A stretch of DNA of 63,602 bases, counting the filler, from Dicyema japonicum (taxonomy: Eukaryota; Animalia; Dicyemida): assembly GCA_011109175.1 (NCBI GenBank). It is 9 parts of 9 records of this genome, joined end to end, with 100 filler letters (N's around TTAATTAATTAA, not from the genome) between each part and the next. Parts side by side here need not be neighbours in the genome. Positions count along the whole stretch, not along the records: positions 26,258 to 41,540 come from RDEW01000185.1; positions 41,641 to 49,638 come from RDEW01000065.1; 7 more parts are not named here. One strand, written 5' to 3'. Below the pieces are notes generated by a model. It saw only the letters and a list, made by a program, of their open reading frames with translations. It had not been told where the DNA came from and did not search any database. Positions 34,011 to 45,779 of this stretch are shown here, piece by piece (the stretch's first letter is position 1; every line of letters begins with the position of its first letter). Position numbers and translations under genes: made by a program.

Positions 34011-36260
34011 CTTTGGAATAAATTTGATTTGATTTGTCCTTTTAGTTTGGTCTATCTTGTTTATCTTGTTTGTTGTTGGTTCTCTTGTTTTGTTACTCTC
34101 GTTGTTGCCATGAGGAATACGAGAATATTTCCAGATAAACGTTTAAAAACTCTGAGAAGGAAGTCAGTGTTACTGCTATCCTAGAAGTAAAAAACCCCGT
34201 GATGGGATGCACTCCGAATATTCAATACTCTATGTAGTATGGATTCTCTCAAGATGGCTCGAATATCGCGCCGACACACAGGAGAATTTCTCCTGAACTT
34301 TAAAACTACAAGTGATTTGGAAGGTTTCCAGAATCAACTAGAAGAAAGAAAACCTTTTGGAGTTAATGGACATTCATTACAAAAAGCTACGCCGAGACCC
34401 TCAGTAGTTATGCTCAAAGGTCTTCCGACGTGGATTGAAACCAATGAGTTGGAAGAATACCTTGGAACGATATTGGGAGAAAAATTTACGGTTGAAAGAT
34501 TTGAAAAGCAGGGCATCAGACTATCTGTTGCCAAACTTACAATTTCGGACAGAAATGAGGCTGAATCTCTTGTAAGATTTGGACTGATAATTGGATATCT
34601 GAAGATAAAAGTTGAATAGTTCAATAAACCAGAGATCCAATGTTTTCGTTGTCAATAGTTTGGCCATATTGCTCGTTTTTGCAAGAATGTTGAAAGATGC
34701 CTTGTTTGTTCTGGGCCACATAGAAGATCGCAGTGTCCGGTTACAAACAATAATAAGTCGTGTGTGAATTGTGGTTCATCCAGCCACTTTGCCAATTATG
34801 GAGGATGCCCCAAGACTGTTGAAGCTAACATTGCGAAGAAAAACAAAATTGACCAAAAAAGGAAAGAATCGAATGGAAAATTATCTCTAAAACGAGAAAA
34901 TGCCATAAAGTAGAAAGTGAAGTTTCCAATATTGGAACGAATAAGAAATTAAAAATTAGAATGTATGAGCAGACTGGCTGGAATAGGACATATAATAAGA
35001 AACCTTCTAAAAAAGAAACAGTAGAAGTTTCAACACAGACAAGCAGTTTTGATGAGAGTGACCAGGTGGAAGCACCTGTTAGAAAAGTGACTTTTGGAGT
35101 TGCTACACACACTATCGAGACTCACTCAAACATCTTGTTGAAAATGAAGAAGTAGTAGCTTCCAACTCTTGACAAGTTGGAGAGAAGCATTAAAGATATG
35201 ACTAGAACAAAAAAGGATTCTAAATTTTTACTAGATTTGGTGGCGCTCTTAAGAAGAGAGGGCAATCACCAAAAAAACCAGAAGTAGTCAGGATAACTCT
35301 GATTAATGCCAGTTCTTTTTGGAAACGGGCCTCAGTGCTGGTTGCTCTAGCCAGCACGATCCAAATGGATGTTCTAATTATAAACGAAACTAAATTGAAG
35401 AAAAGACCAATCAAAATTGATAGATACGACTCATTAGATAATTGTTGGAAGATTGGTTCTTGTGCTAGAACAGGAACTTCAATTTACTACAAAACTTCTT
35501 TAAATACAAGACTATTTACGATCGATGAAAAAAATCTTTGTGAACTAGTAAGCATTTAACTACAAACTATCATGGGATGGATAACTATCGGAGGAATCTA
35601 TTCTATAAAACTACGCGAGTATCCATGGATTGTTGACAAATTTATGGAAAACAATGAATATCCAATCCTTGTTTGAGACATGAACGCTAAACAAACTGAC
35701 TATGGTTGTGTAACAACCAATCAAGATGGAAAATGCCTTGTAAAATGGATAAAGTCTGGAGAGTTAAAGATTTTAACTTCAGTCGAAATTATGCAATTAA
35801 ACTCGCACATGGATTGGATTTAGCATCTGAAATTGATGACGAATACGAAAGAAAAACGAGAAGAATCGGTGATTTATTACATTGCTTGTGGAAACTAGCA
35901 TTGTAATTGGGGCTTTTTTACGGAGAAGAGACATACGGTGTCTCATGAGAGTGCCCCCATATAGACGACCCCAAATCTTGGTTTTCCTCTTTAGTTAATG
36001 GCTCTTACCTTGTTTAGTTAGTTGGGGTTTTGCGAATAAATTATGTTATCTGTTTATCCGAATTTGCTAAGGCTTTTGACAGTGTCTGGCATGAGGGATT
36101 TCTCGAGACATTGTCAAAGGCGAAAATTGGAAAGTCGGCGCTCATGTGGATCAGAGACTTCCTTATGGGAAGAGAGTCTTATATTCGTGTGGGAAATATG
36201 CTCTCTAAAAAGATAAAACCAAGAAGAGGTGTTCCACAAGGTTCAGTCATAAGTTATGAC
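34010..36260 (+). mobile_element. I/Jockey-group LINE (copy 2): ORF1 with three CCHC knuckles, APE, partial RT
   Basis: CFRCQ*FGHIARFC, CLVCSGPHRRSQC and CVNCGSSSHFANYGGC (34641-34808); APE DVLIINETKL...DMNAK; RT AKAFDSVWHEG...GVPQGSVIS. Confidence 0.88.
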
Positions 36261-36339
36261 TTTGTCGATCACCAGTTTTTGGACCAGGTATTACAAAATT
36301 CTGGTCTTCCTTGCTGGATTGTCGGATTTGTTCAGAAAC

Positions 36340-36760
36340 TTGTCACGAAATTGTAGATACGGCTAAATTTGGAAAACAAAATGTTAAAATAAAAATGAAT
36401 TCTACAGGAGGAATCTCTCATCGCAGATCTTTGCGTTGTTAATGGACCCTCTTAGTCGAATGCTGAACAGAAAATTTCCGAAAGTAAGGATGGGAAGTCC
36501 ATGAAATGTGGAACCCACATATACAACTAATCACCCCTCTTTATGAACGAAGTAAAGTTATTTTCCCGCCAAAGTCACTCAATGGAAATAATGTTGGAGG
36601 AAGTTGAATCCTTTTTTGATGGAAGACCCAACAATCAATACCCAGAATCAGGAAATTGTTGAAAGATTTTATTAGACGATTACACACGTTTATCAAAAAT
36701 GATGGCTTCAGATGACAAGAAAGAGTTCTATTTCGAAAGGCTGTGTTTTTAAACAATCAC
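36340..36760 (+). pseudogene. R4/Dong-like RT fragment
   Basis: SPQIFALLMDPLSRMLNRKFPKV...YTTNH.LF pattern across frameshifts. Confidence 0.55.
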
Positions 36761-37307
36761 CCCTTCACTCATCCACAGGTAAATTGCTGCTTTTATTTTT
36801 TGTAAGGTGTTTGTCCGTTTCAGAGAAATTGAGGGATTCCGGGATTCAATACTATTGTAGAAAATTATATTAAATTTATAATTACTTAAAAGGTATTCAG
36901 AAAGATTATGGGACTAATCCTCCTCTGCGTCTAACAAAATTGTCCAACAAATTTGTTAATGCTCAAAATATTAAGGTTTAGTGAGAACGTCCATTCTAGG
37001 TGGTTTGAAAAGTAGTTAACTATGGAATTATAAAATCTTTTAATTATTAAAAGTTTATATGCTTTATTGACAGAGAAGATTATTTTTTGGAATCCCTTAA
37101 CAAAATTAGTATTTACAACAAAGAAACAATCTCAATCATCAAAGTATGAAAATTATCGAAAAATTATTACACGAGGAAGAAATCTATGATGAAACATAGT
37201 AGTGGAGAAAATGAAACAATAAAAGGAACCCTCAAATTAATGATTTGGAAGAATCCATTTGAGACATCCCTCCGGATTCCCTTAGATTTATACTCGTTTA
37301 GGAGAAA

Positions 37308-37612
37308 GCTGGGTGGCATAGTGGTTAGGCGTCGGGCTAAAGTGACTTAGGTTACGGGTTCGATTTTCGTTGCTGATCACCTGGTGGAAGGTTCCACGCA
37401 TCTACGATGCCAAAATGGTTTGACGAGTGACGATCAGTGAATACTCACTGCGGAACTGGATTGTCCAGAAAAGACCCACACACAAGAAAAAGAAAAAAAG
37501 AATTGAAGATCTTGGTTCTACGATTAGTTAAAATTAACTGTTCTTTACTTAAATAAAGTGTGTGTCCTGCCTATGCGAGATATAATTATTATGGCTCTCG
37601 TAAAAAGGCTGT
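37308..37612 (+). mobile_element. tRNA-derived SINE copy S3 (head type 2 + shared core + RTE-like tail)
   Basis: A box TGGCATAGTGG (37314-37324); B box GGTTCGATT (about 37357); core GGAAGGTTCCACGCATC...CAGTGAATACTCACTG; tail TATTATGGCTCTCGT identical to the LINE 3' UTR at 7491. Confidence 0.85.
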
Positions 37613-37614
37613 TA

Positions 37615-39116
37615 TAGTGCGACCCCGAATTAAAGAAATTTTTCTTCAATTTTGAGGTAGACACACTGTATTCCGCGGAAAAAACGATGATGGCAAAGGA
37701 GAAGAAGTACGAAGCGCTACGCGACCGATTCGCGTTTTATCCGATAGTGGTCGAGACAACTGGAGGAATAAGTGGAAAATAGCTTCGCTTTTTAAAGAAA
37801 CTTGGACGCTTAGCTACACTAAAAAGCCACGACGCACGTGAGACCCGGTGGCTACTCCAGTTGATCACTGTTGCAATCGTGAGAGGCAACGCAACATCGA
37901 TAATGTCGGAGGGGTCCACTTTGGATGGATGGCAGTTTTAAATATGATTTACTGGGGATAAATTAACTGATTATTTTTCTAAAATTGATTTTGAGGTTTT
38001 CCTCAAAAAAGAGGGTTTTCTTTAAATTTAGGTCTCCCCTGTCCGATATCTACCTTAATATATAACCAAGACGGATAATTACAATTTTTATTTTTAATAA
38101 AAAATCTGTTAATTTTAATCGAGTGTTTTGTTTTTTCGAATCAAACTCATAATATTTGCTTTGAATCTTTTTAGATCAAGGACATTTTTTGAGTCTCTTG
38201 CTTAGTAACATTTAGCAGCATTGTGAATGCGCATTCCTCATTTTTATAACTTGTTGATCATTCAAATGTTCCAGAAATTGTTTGCTGCAGTCCTCTTCAT
38301 CACTACTATTATCATCCCAGAAGCTTTCCAAAATCACATTTTCCACAATATCCGAATCAATCAGACTTTCTCCGATGTCCTCTTTTTCCCGACAGTCATA
38401 TTCCAAAGCCTTTTCAAAGCAATCTCGTATTGAAGTTTCCGTAATCTCGCCCCATGCCAATTTCGAATATGAAATAGCATCCAATATTGTGATTCCCCTT
38501 ATTGCTTCATCTACTTGAGCTACAGGACTTTTATCATAGATAATCGTTTTCATCATCCAATTATTGAAATGATTCTTAAATCCCTGTATTATCCCTCGGT
38601 CACATGGCTGAATTAAGGAAGTTGTGTTTTTTGGAAATAATATTACGTCGACGTTTGAATATTGGGCAGAAACAGCATGACAAGTTGTATTGTCAATTAT
38701 AATGCTATTTTTCTTCTCTTTAAATCGAGATAATCCAATTTTCAAAAATATTTTTTGTCATCCAGGCTTTGCATGAAGCATAATATTTAATGCCGATTTC
38801 TTTCAGATTCACACCTTTTAACACTCTTGGTGACTTCGCCCCCCGATTATAAGCGGTTTATATTTTTCTTCTGTGTAAATGCAACTCAAAAGAAGTATCA
38901 TCGACTTTCAATGAGTTGCTTGCTAACTTACAAGGTTAAATAAATTTCAAAATTATTATAGAAATATATTAATGAATCGTTTGTGATAATATATATTTTT
39001 CCCCAGAAAGGGGTTTATTTCTTTAAAAATCATCGTACTTATAGGATGGCGAAAATATTTTCCCAAAAAAGAGGGTTTCCCCGCTTCTTTTGTTTCCCCA
39101 ATTCGGGGTCGCACTG
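37615..39116 (-). mobile_element. pogo/Tigger (TIGD-like) DNA transposon with both TIRs
   Basis: TA|TAGTGCGACCCCGAATT ... AATTCGGGGTCGCACTG|TA; ORF 38212-38745 IIIDNTTCH...LFPKNTTSLIQPCDRGIIQGFK (pogo DDxD-type); upstream KYYASCKAWMTK. Confidence 0.88.
37680..37935 (+). mobile_element. CRE-type REL-domain 3' fragment nested in the pogo element
   Basis: AKEKKYEAL...FYPIVVETTGG...LITVAIVRGNATSI. Confidence 0.75.
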
Positions 39117-39449
39117 TATTATTAGGAGAAAATTACAGCTAAATTTGAAAAAATATGGATTTGGAATTAGAATTGAACATTTTTTGCCAATGGACCACAG
39201 TAAAATTTTTTAAGTCTTTATTATTATTTCATAAATTAAAATTATTAATAACTTTATACAGAAGTTGAGAAGCTACACAAAAGAAGGATATGTTAGTTTA
39301 GCCTATCACATTTTTTTACTTATTTTATAACTTTAAAGTTAAAACCTCAATTTTGGAACAACCTCTGTTTTTGGAACGCTTGGTGTTCCAAATCGAGGTT
39401 GGACTTTTACACAATTCAAAGGTTCTTGTGTCTTAACGATCACAGTGTT

Positions 39450-39750
39450 GCGATATAATAGATAGTGGTTCCACACAGATATTTACTAAAGGAAATTACT
39501 CGATTAACAAATTCTCTTAAAGACAATGGGTTGCATTAGCTCGATGTCCTTCATTAGTTTTCTCTGTCTAGATGAAATTATGATGACTGACAATTACCAA
39601 TCACGGGGGATGTTCCCAATTTTTAAACTACCATCAAATAGGCTACGGGGGGTTTCAGTGATATTATCTGGCTTAAAAGAATCCCATCTTACATGATCAT
39701 TTTTTGCATTTATTCGCAACCACATGAACTCAAGAATCGTCACTACCTCA
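39450..39750 (-). pseudogene. CR1/L2-like RT fragment
   Basis: KPDNI...PRSLFDGSLKIGNIPRDW*LSVII resembles RT subdomains 0-1. Confidence 0.5.
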
Positions 39751-40742
39751 TGTGGCAAGTTGACTCTCAAAAAAGGATTCTCTTGAGGGCCTTTTATGAT
39801 CTGTGACAATTTCATAGAGGAAAATGTCATTAGGATCAATATCTTTTCTTAGTTGTAACAAAATTTCACGAATATTGGCTCCTGTAGAGATATCCTCCAT
39901 CAGATTTCACCAGAGGGTCACATATGCTTCCTAAAAATTGTTCTTAAGAAACGTGTGATAAATCTGTTAATATGGTTAATGTTATCAGCCATAGTTGCCC
40001 TTAGTCATGGGAGTTATGAGATGAGCTCTGATTCACCTGTATAATGTCAAAGTCCATGAAAGCATTTCGCCATCCACGGTAAGATTTTTTCATGGATTTC
40101 TTCCTCGTGTAATCTCGTTCTTTTGTGAAGAATCTGTGAAAATAGATTTTTCGATAGGAGAGGAGATATTTCAAGTTTTTCTTGGTATTTAAGCTCATCT
40201 TAAGAACGCCACAAGGATATTAAGTCAACTTGAAATTTTATTTTAAAATAAACGATTAAATAAGTCACAATTAATTAATTTTGTTCCATACGAGGTTTTT
40301 GGGCTTTTCCATTTTTATTCCAATCCTACCAAGTGTTCAATCTGAGGGTTTTCTAAAAACCGAACTAAGGTTTTCTCCGAATCGAGGTCAGACTATACAT
40401 AATTTATTGCTTTTTGATTGAATATATTTATTTTTAATTAAAGTATAAGTTTGAGCTAGATAACGTATCTAAGCTACAAGGAATATTAATTATATTGGTA
40501 AAAGCGAAAATCACTGTTTTTACACAATCGATTACCGACGGTTAACCATACTAAAAAACAAATTTATATTTAATAATAATAACACCAGACATTATTTTAA
40601 TCAATTGGTTATCTACAAATTAAATATTTTAAATTATATATTTATTATCAAAATGAATAATCGAATTGACCTCATCGGTAATAAATATAAATTTAAATAA
40701 ATATTTGACACACTTATTCCAGTTTATTTGGTTCACTCACAG

Positions 40743-41540
40743 ATGATTTGTGGATTCTTTTTTTGCTTTACTGTTGTCTTCGCTTTGAACTCCTTGGAAG
40801 ACACAAAAAATAATATTTCAACAGCGATAACCACCACAAGTACATCTGCACCCACTGCTAATTTAACAGCCAATCTCACCGAGAGAACTACTCACAAGAA
40901 ACCAATACATCACAAGAGACCAATACATCACAATAGACCAATACATCACAATAGACCAATACATCACGAGAGACCAATACATCACGAGAGACCAATACAT
41001 CACAATAGACCAATACATCAAAAGAGACTAAAACATCACAACGTCAATTTAACTAATGAGAATACGAGTCAAACTTCCCCGTCCACTACTGTCGGCCCAT
41101 TTCCACCAAAGTGGACTGCTAAAATCGGAGATATCGTCTACGCTGTTTTCAGTGCGACTATAAGTGTGACATACTCTCCTACAAGGGAACAAGTTAGTTA
41201 TCTGTTAATTTAAGGTATATAACTTTGTCTTCCCAGCTTCTGCGAGTACATCACAGTCAGTTCTAACGAACACATCGTGTATTTTCAGTCTGAATTCCGG
41301 AGAAAATATGATCAAATTTTACGTCTTCTTGAATAAGGATGGCTCCTATTTCGTCAATCGTACAGAGTTTACTTCTGGGGTCAGTACTTTCGTTGGAAAG
41401 ACCAAATATATGCAATCTGGTTCGGGCTACTTCGTAAAGTGTGAAAGTATTAATATTGACGTGGGGAAGTCTTCTCATGTAAGACTCACTCATCTGAAGG
41501 CTCAATTTTTCCGCGATGATAAATCTGAGGATTTCTCGGG
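40743..41540 (+). CDS. LAMP-family (lysosome-associated membrane glycoprotein-like) protein with a His-rich repeat stalk; 3'-truncated by the scaffold end
   Basis: Signal peptide, Thr-rich N-glycosylated stalk, AVFSATISVTY; intron 41193-41214; SGYFVKCESINIDV...RLTHLKAQFF...DFS matches the LAMP-domain C-terminal pattern. Confidence 0.72.
40893..41040 (+). repeat. Coding 18-nt tandem repeat, H(K/N/E)RPIH x7 plus one degenerate unit
   Basis: CAC AA(G/T)/GAG AGA CCA ATA CAT repeated in frame inside the LAMP-like ORF. Confidence 0.95.
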
Positions 41541-41640
41541 NNNNNNNNNNNNNNNNNNNNNNNNNNNNNNNNNNNNNNNNNNNNTTAATTAATTAANNNN
41601 NNNNNNNNNNNNNNNNNNNNNNNNNNNNNNNNNNNNNNNN

Positions 41641-41860
41641 CGCGGCCACTATGTCTGGCGTACACATTCACAAAAGTGATTAGCTGTCTAGATTTCCCTC
41701 TGGGTCCAATAAATAATTGAATGACGCTAATCAGATCATTTATATTCCAAAAGCGAATTAATCCTGAATGTATTTTTATGCACAGCGAAAGCCTGTCCAT
41801 AAAATTTGCAGTCCGATGCGAGTGGATTACTCTATAATTTCCAGAACGTTTGTCAAATCC
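41641..41860 (-). pseudogene. RTE-type apurinic endonuclease fragment
   Basis: RFWNINDLISVIQL...LITFVNVYARHS; similar to the plus-strand fragment at 47480-47790. Confidence 0.5.
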
Positions 41861-43689
41861 TCCCCTGCCCCTCGTCTTTTGGAAATAGCAGACTGAACAT
41901 CAAATCAGCAATATTCATATAATAATAACTATTTTTACAATTTTTGGGTTTTATTATTAAGTAGTAATAAGATAAATATTATTAATATTAAATTTAATAT
42001 TTAAAATATTAAATTTAAATAAATCAAATAGTGGGACACAAAGATTGATCGTCGGTAAATGCAAAATCAAGGAATTTATTTGATAACAGAGATACGACTA
42101 TGAAGAATTACAAAAAATCAGAGAAGGAAGGTAGGTTAATCAATATGAAGACTGTATAACATACATTATTGAGAAGAGCGTAGCGACTGATGAGGATGGT
42201 CAACTTGTGCCATCAGTTGACCTTTACTTTATGGAGGAGGATGGAAACAAACTTAAAGTATGGTGAATTATAATAAAAGCTAACAATGCCCTATAATCCA
42301 TATTTTTACGTGACGTGTGATGTTCCCATTGTATATAAGCATTCAGTTGAGGATATATTTTTGAATAATTAAAATTTTCCGGCTCTTCATTATGAATTGT
42401 ATTTTGTTGATGGAAATGTATCATATCTAAGTTATCATAGGGATTTCCATCTATCAATCGTGATGTGGTACCTCATGATGTTCAGGATTTCGAGTATATT
42501 GCCATTCCTGGTGTTGGTGGAAAGTTTACAATGATAAATAAGTTAGATGACGTTATATTTATATTAATAACAGAATTCTGCATTGATTCCTTTCTTGACC
42601 ACGTGAAACAATTTCAGTCAGATGTATTTGTCACATTAAGATGCTTGAGCTTCATATCATAATATAACCATCCATGATGTGATTGGAGAAAGGAAGGATT
42701 ATCATGGAGATTATATTTGTTGTTGTGCATGTAATATGAGTAAGTTAATTTTTTGTTATTTTAGATGGGTGAAAAGAGATATTCATTTACCAATTCAGGC
42801 ACTTAAAGGTGTAACCGAACTAAATTAAATCATGAACCAGTTGAGATGGACTCTGAAGATAAGCGTTCTATGGCTGTGAGGATCCTCAATCTTTTGCAAA
42901 TTACTCTGGTGCTATAGCTACTTATTATCTTTATATTAATTTTATTAACACTTATATATTCTCATTAATTATTCCACAGTCCTGATGAGGTTGGTCTTAC
43001 ATTATATGTAAGGCTCTAGCAAAAGGACAGGCACTCTCTGTGAGGTACTATTATTAACACAGGCTACTAAAGCGGGATAATCAAACATATGGAAGCAGAT
43101 TGTTTTACTGAGGTTAATACTCTAATATATTTTAGCTATATTCCTTTCCAAGTTGTGGTAAATATACTTAAAGTATTGTTAATAACCTCGGTTCAAATCG
43201 TCAAAGAGAGATGATTTGGAATTGAGAGGACAGAATAGTAAGGATTCATGTAAATTGTAGTGCTTAGCCAGGAGAGCTTTAATTTATTACAAACAATTGC
43301 AAAATGTGGAAATCCTTACAGAAAATGGGAAAAAACTTGGAGAACAAACTTTAAGAATATCATTTTGAATTAAATTAGATTACTGTCAGAAAGCTTATCA
43401 CATAATTACATTTTACTCGTGAAAAAAATAAGGCCATAGTTTGTCAACGAGAGAATCCTTTTTATATTAATACTGTAAGTGATTTCAGAGATAGGAGGTG
43501 GACGTTTAAGAGATTATTGAAGGTATGGAAAAATAAACTTTTATGTGCCAATAAGAATGGAGAGAGTACATTATTATTTAAGCCAAAGAAACACATAATT
43601 TATTAATAAAGTGCAATGAATGTTTTATTAATTTTAATTATGATTTTCTTCAATTGGGTAAAATGTGTATTAAAAAAAGGTTTGTCGTG

Positions 43690-43915
43690 TTTATTATTTA
43701 GTGCTCGATGGTTTAGTATGGAAATCATCAGAGGGTTTGGTCTGGGAGAAAGGTAGGAAGATCCCTTTTAACAACTGTGTCGTGCCAGAAGGACTCGTCG
43801 CCTCACGGGTGGGATCTGTTTGACAAAATTGACCTTCGCTGAAAACTTCATCTTTCGGATTTGAACCAACGACCTTCAGATCCGATGTCATCAAACGTTA
43901 CATTTCCCTCTGACC
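43690..43915 (-). mobile_element. tRNA-derived SINE with a different body (S5)
   Basis: Minus-strand head GGTCAGAGGG...CTGAAGGTCGTTGGTTCAAATCC (B box); body unrelated to the S1/S3 core; ends in ACTAAATAATAA. Confidence 0.55.
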
Positions 43916-45779
43916 AAATCCTCTGATGAAGATTGCATTATAAAAACTATCCCGCTAAAGAATGAAGTAATGTCCGCGACGGTAGGACGTGGGACAATAA
44001 TGGAAGAGGGCGGATCTACTTCTGCACCTCTCTTCGGAAGCCTGTAATGAAGTATTGGAAGATGGATTTGGTCGGCACAAGCAGATGTTCTTTCTTTGGT
44101 TCTTTCCTTGGATTAGTTAGTTGTAACTGTTTGTGCTGGGCTTACAATGGTAAGCTTGGGTTTAATAATAATTTGTATGGAAATGGCTTGAATTGTTTGT
44201 AATACTGGTTCTACTTTAATGAATAAACAAGTCAGAATATACGACGAATTGGGTTGTTATATTTTCTAATACTAGTAGGCCGTTCGAATTGGATACTGTT
44301 TGAATTTGGTATTCCATCCACTTTCCTGATTCTGTTTAATTAAAAACATCAGCCTCGACAGTAACAATATCACTCTTTAATTCAATATTAAATCATATAG
44401 TCAGGTTAGTTTTGCCATTATTTTATAAGAAAATTTCTCAAATGATCAATACCGGAATTGATTAATAAAACTAAATATATTTATTTTGCTCGATCTGAGA
44501 ATTTATATTTTTGAAATTTATGGTTCATATTTGGCTGTGATTCTTTGCTTCCAACTATGAGGGAAGGGAATTAAACAAAGGTATGCTGTATATGACCATT
44601 CTTAGTTGAATTCGAAAGTTATTCTTGCATTTACTTTAGGGATTTGAGATTAAACGACGAAGAGAGTAACAGTTGGTAAAGAATTTTCAGTCCTTACTTT
44701 TTGGTCGTTCTTGGATGGGAATTATATTGAATCTTTTTATAATAATTATTCCTGGACAATTTGTACTCTAATGGGGTTTTTCAGATAGACTGAATTGTTT
44801 GAATATCCATGTCACGTGCTCTGTAAAGTTGTGGAAAACAAAAACTCAATAACTACAGTAAGCTTAGTATATATTTGCAAATTATTAGAGCTATTCTGTC
44901 TCATGGTGGTTACGCGCTCTATGCTGGATACATGTCAGCTGTCAATCGCAGTCAGATGCTATACTTAATGTGACTTTAATAATTTTTACTCATGTCGGAA
45001 TTATATAATTTATTTTGCCCATAAATATTCAACATATGCTTTTGTCAACACCAAATCATCCTCAATGACAAATAATGAAATAATAGTTTATTTTTTTTAT
45101 GGGACCATAGAAAAGTTTAACCAAACTTTGTCAATAAATTTTTCAATCAACTATAAACAGTAAAAATTCATTAAAGAAATTGTATATTACCATTCATTCG
45201 CTATAAATGAAACTTATTTATAAAATTGAGAGGAGTTTCTTGAATAAACACAGTCAATCGTCAGAATAAAAGTTCAGTATTTTTTAATTTCATAGAAGGT
45301 GAGAGTTCGGATGATCTTTTCCACGATCATCAGATGATCTTGACGTGGAACATATTTCAATGTTTCAGGAAATTGTTGTATAATGTATGCTAGAAAACTT
45401 AGATACAGATCATTTTGATCTGAATTTTTTATACAAATCTAAATTTAGCTTATTTAAAGCGGATGAACAAAAGAATGTATATTCATAAATCAAAACATTA
45501 TTTTTCACAGGGATGAGGTATTATGAATAATTTTAGATACGAGTCTTAAAGGATTATGGGACTAATCTATGGATAATGGTACACAGATTTGAATCTCCAT
45601 ATGAAGAACCAAGTGAAAATACTCAAATTTTGTTGAACAACCAAATAGAAGATTATTTAATATTGTTATGACAGATCAAGGCACTTTCAGGAGAATTTAA
45701 AATAGTCAACTTGATTTAACTCAAGAAAATATAGACTTTCAAAAAAATCAAATTCTTTGATTTTTGATTAGAAACCAAT

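Noticed and set aside
37308-37375. Functional tRNA genes at the SINE heads (also 15957, 18261, 62537)
   Set aside because: Acceptor and T stems are incomplete, and each runs into a shared repeat body; these are SINE heads.
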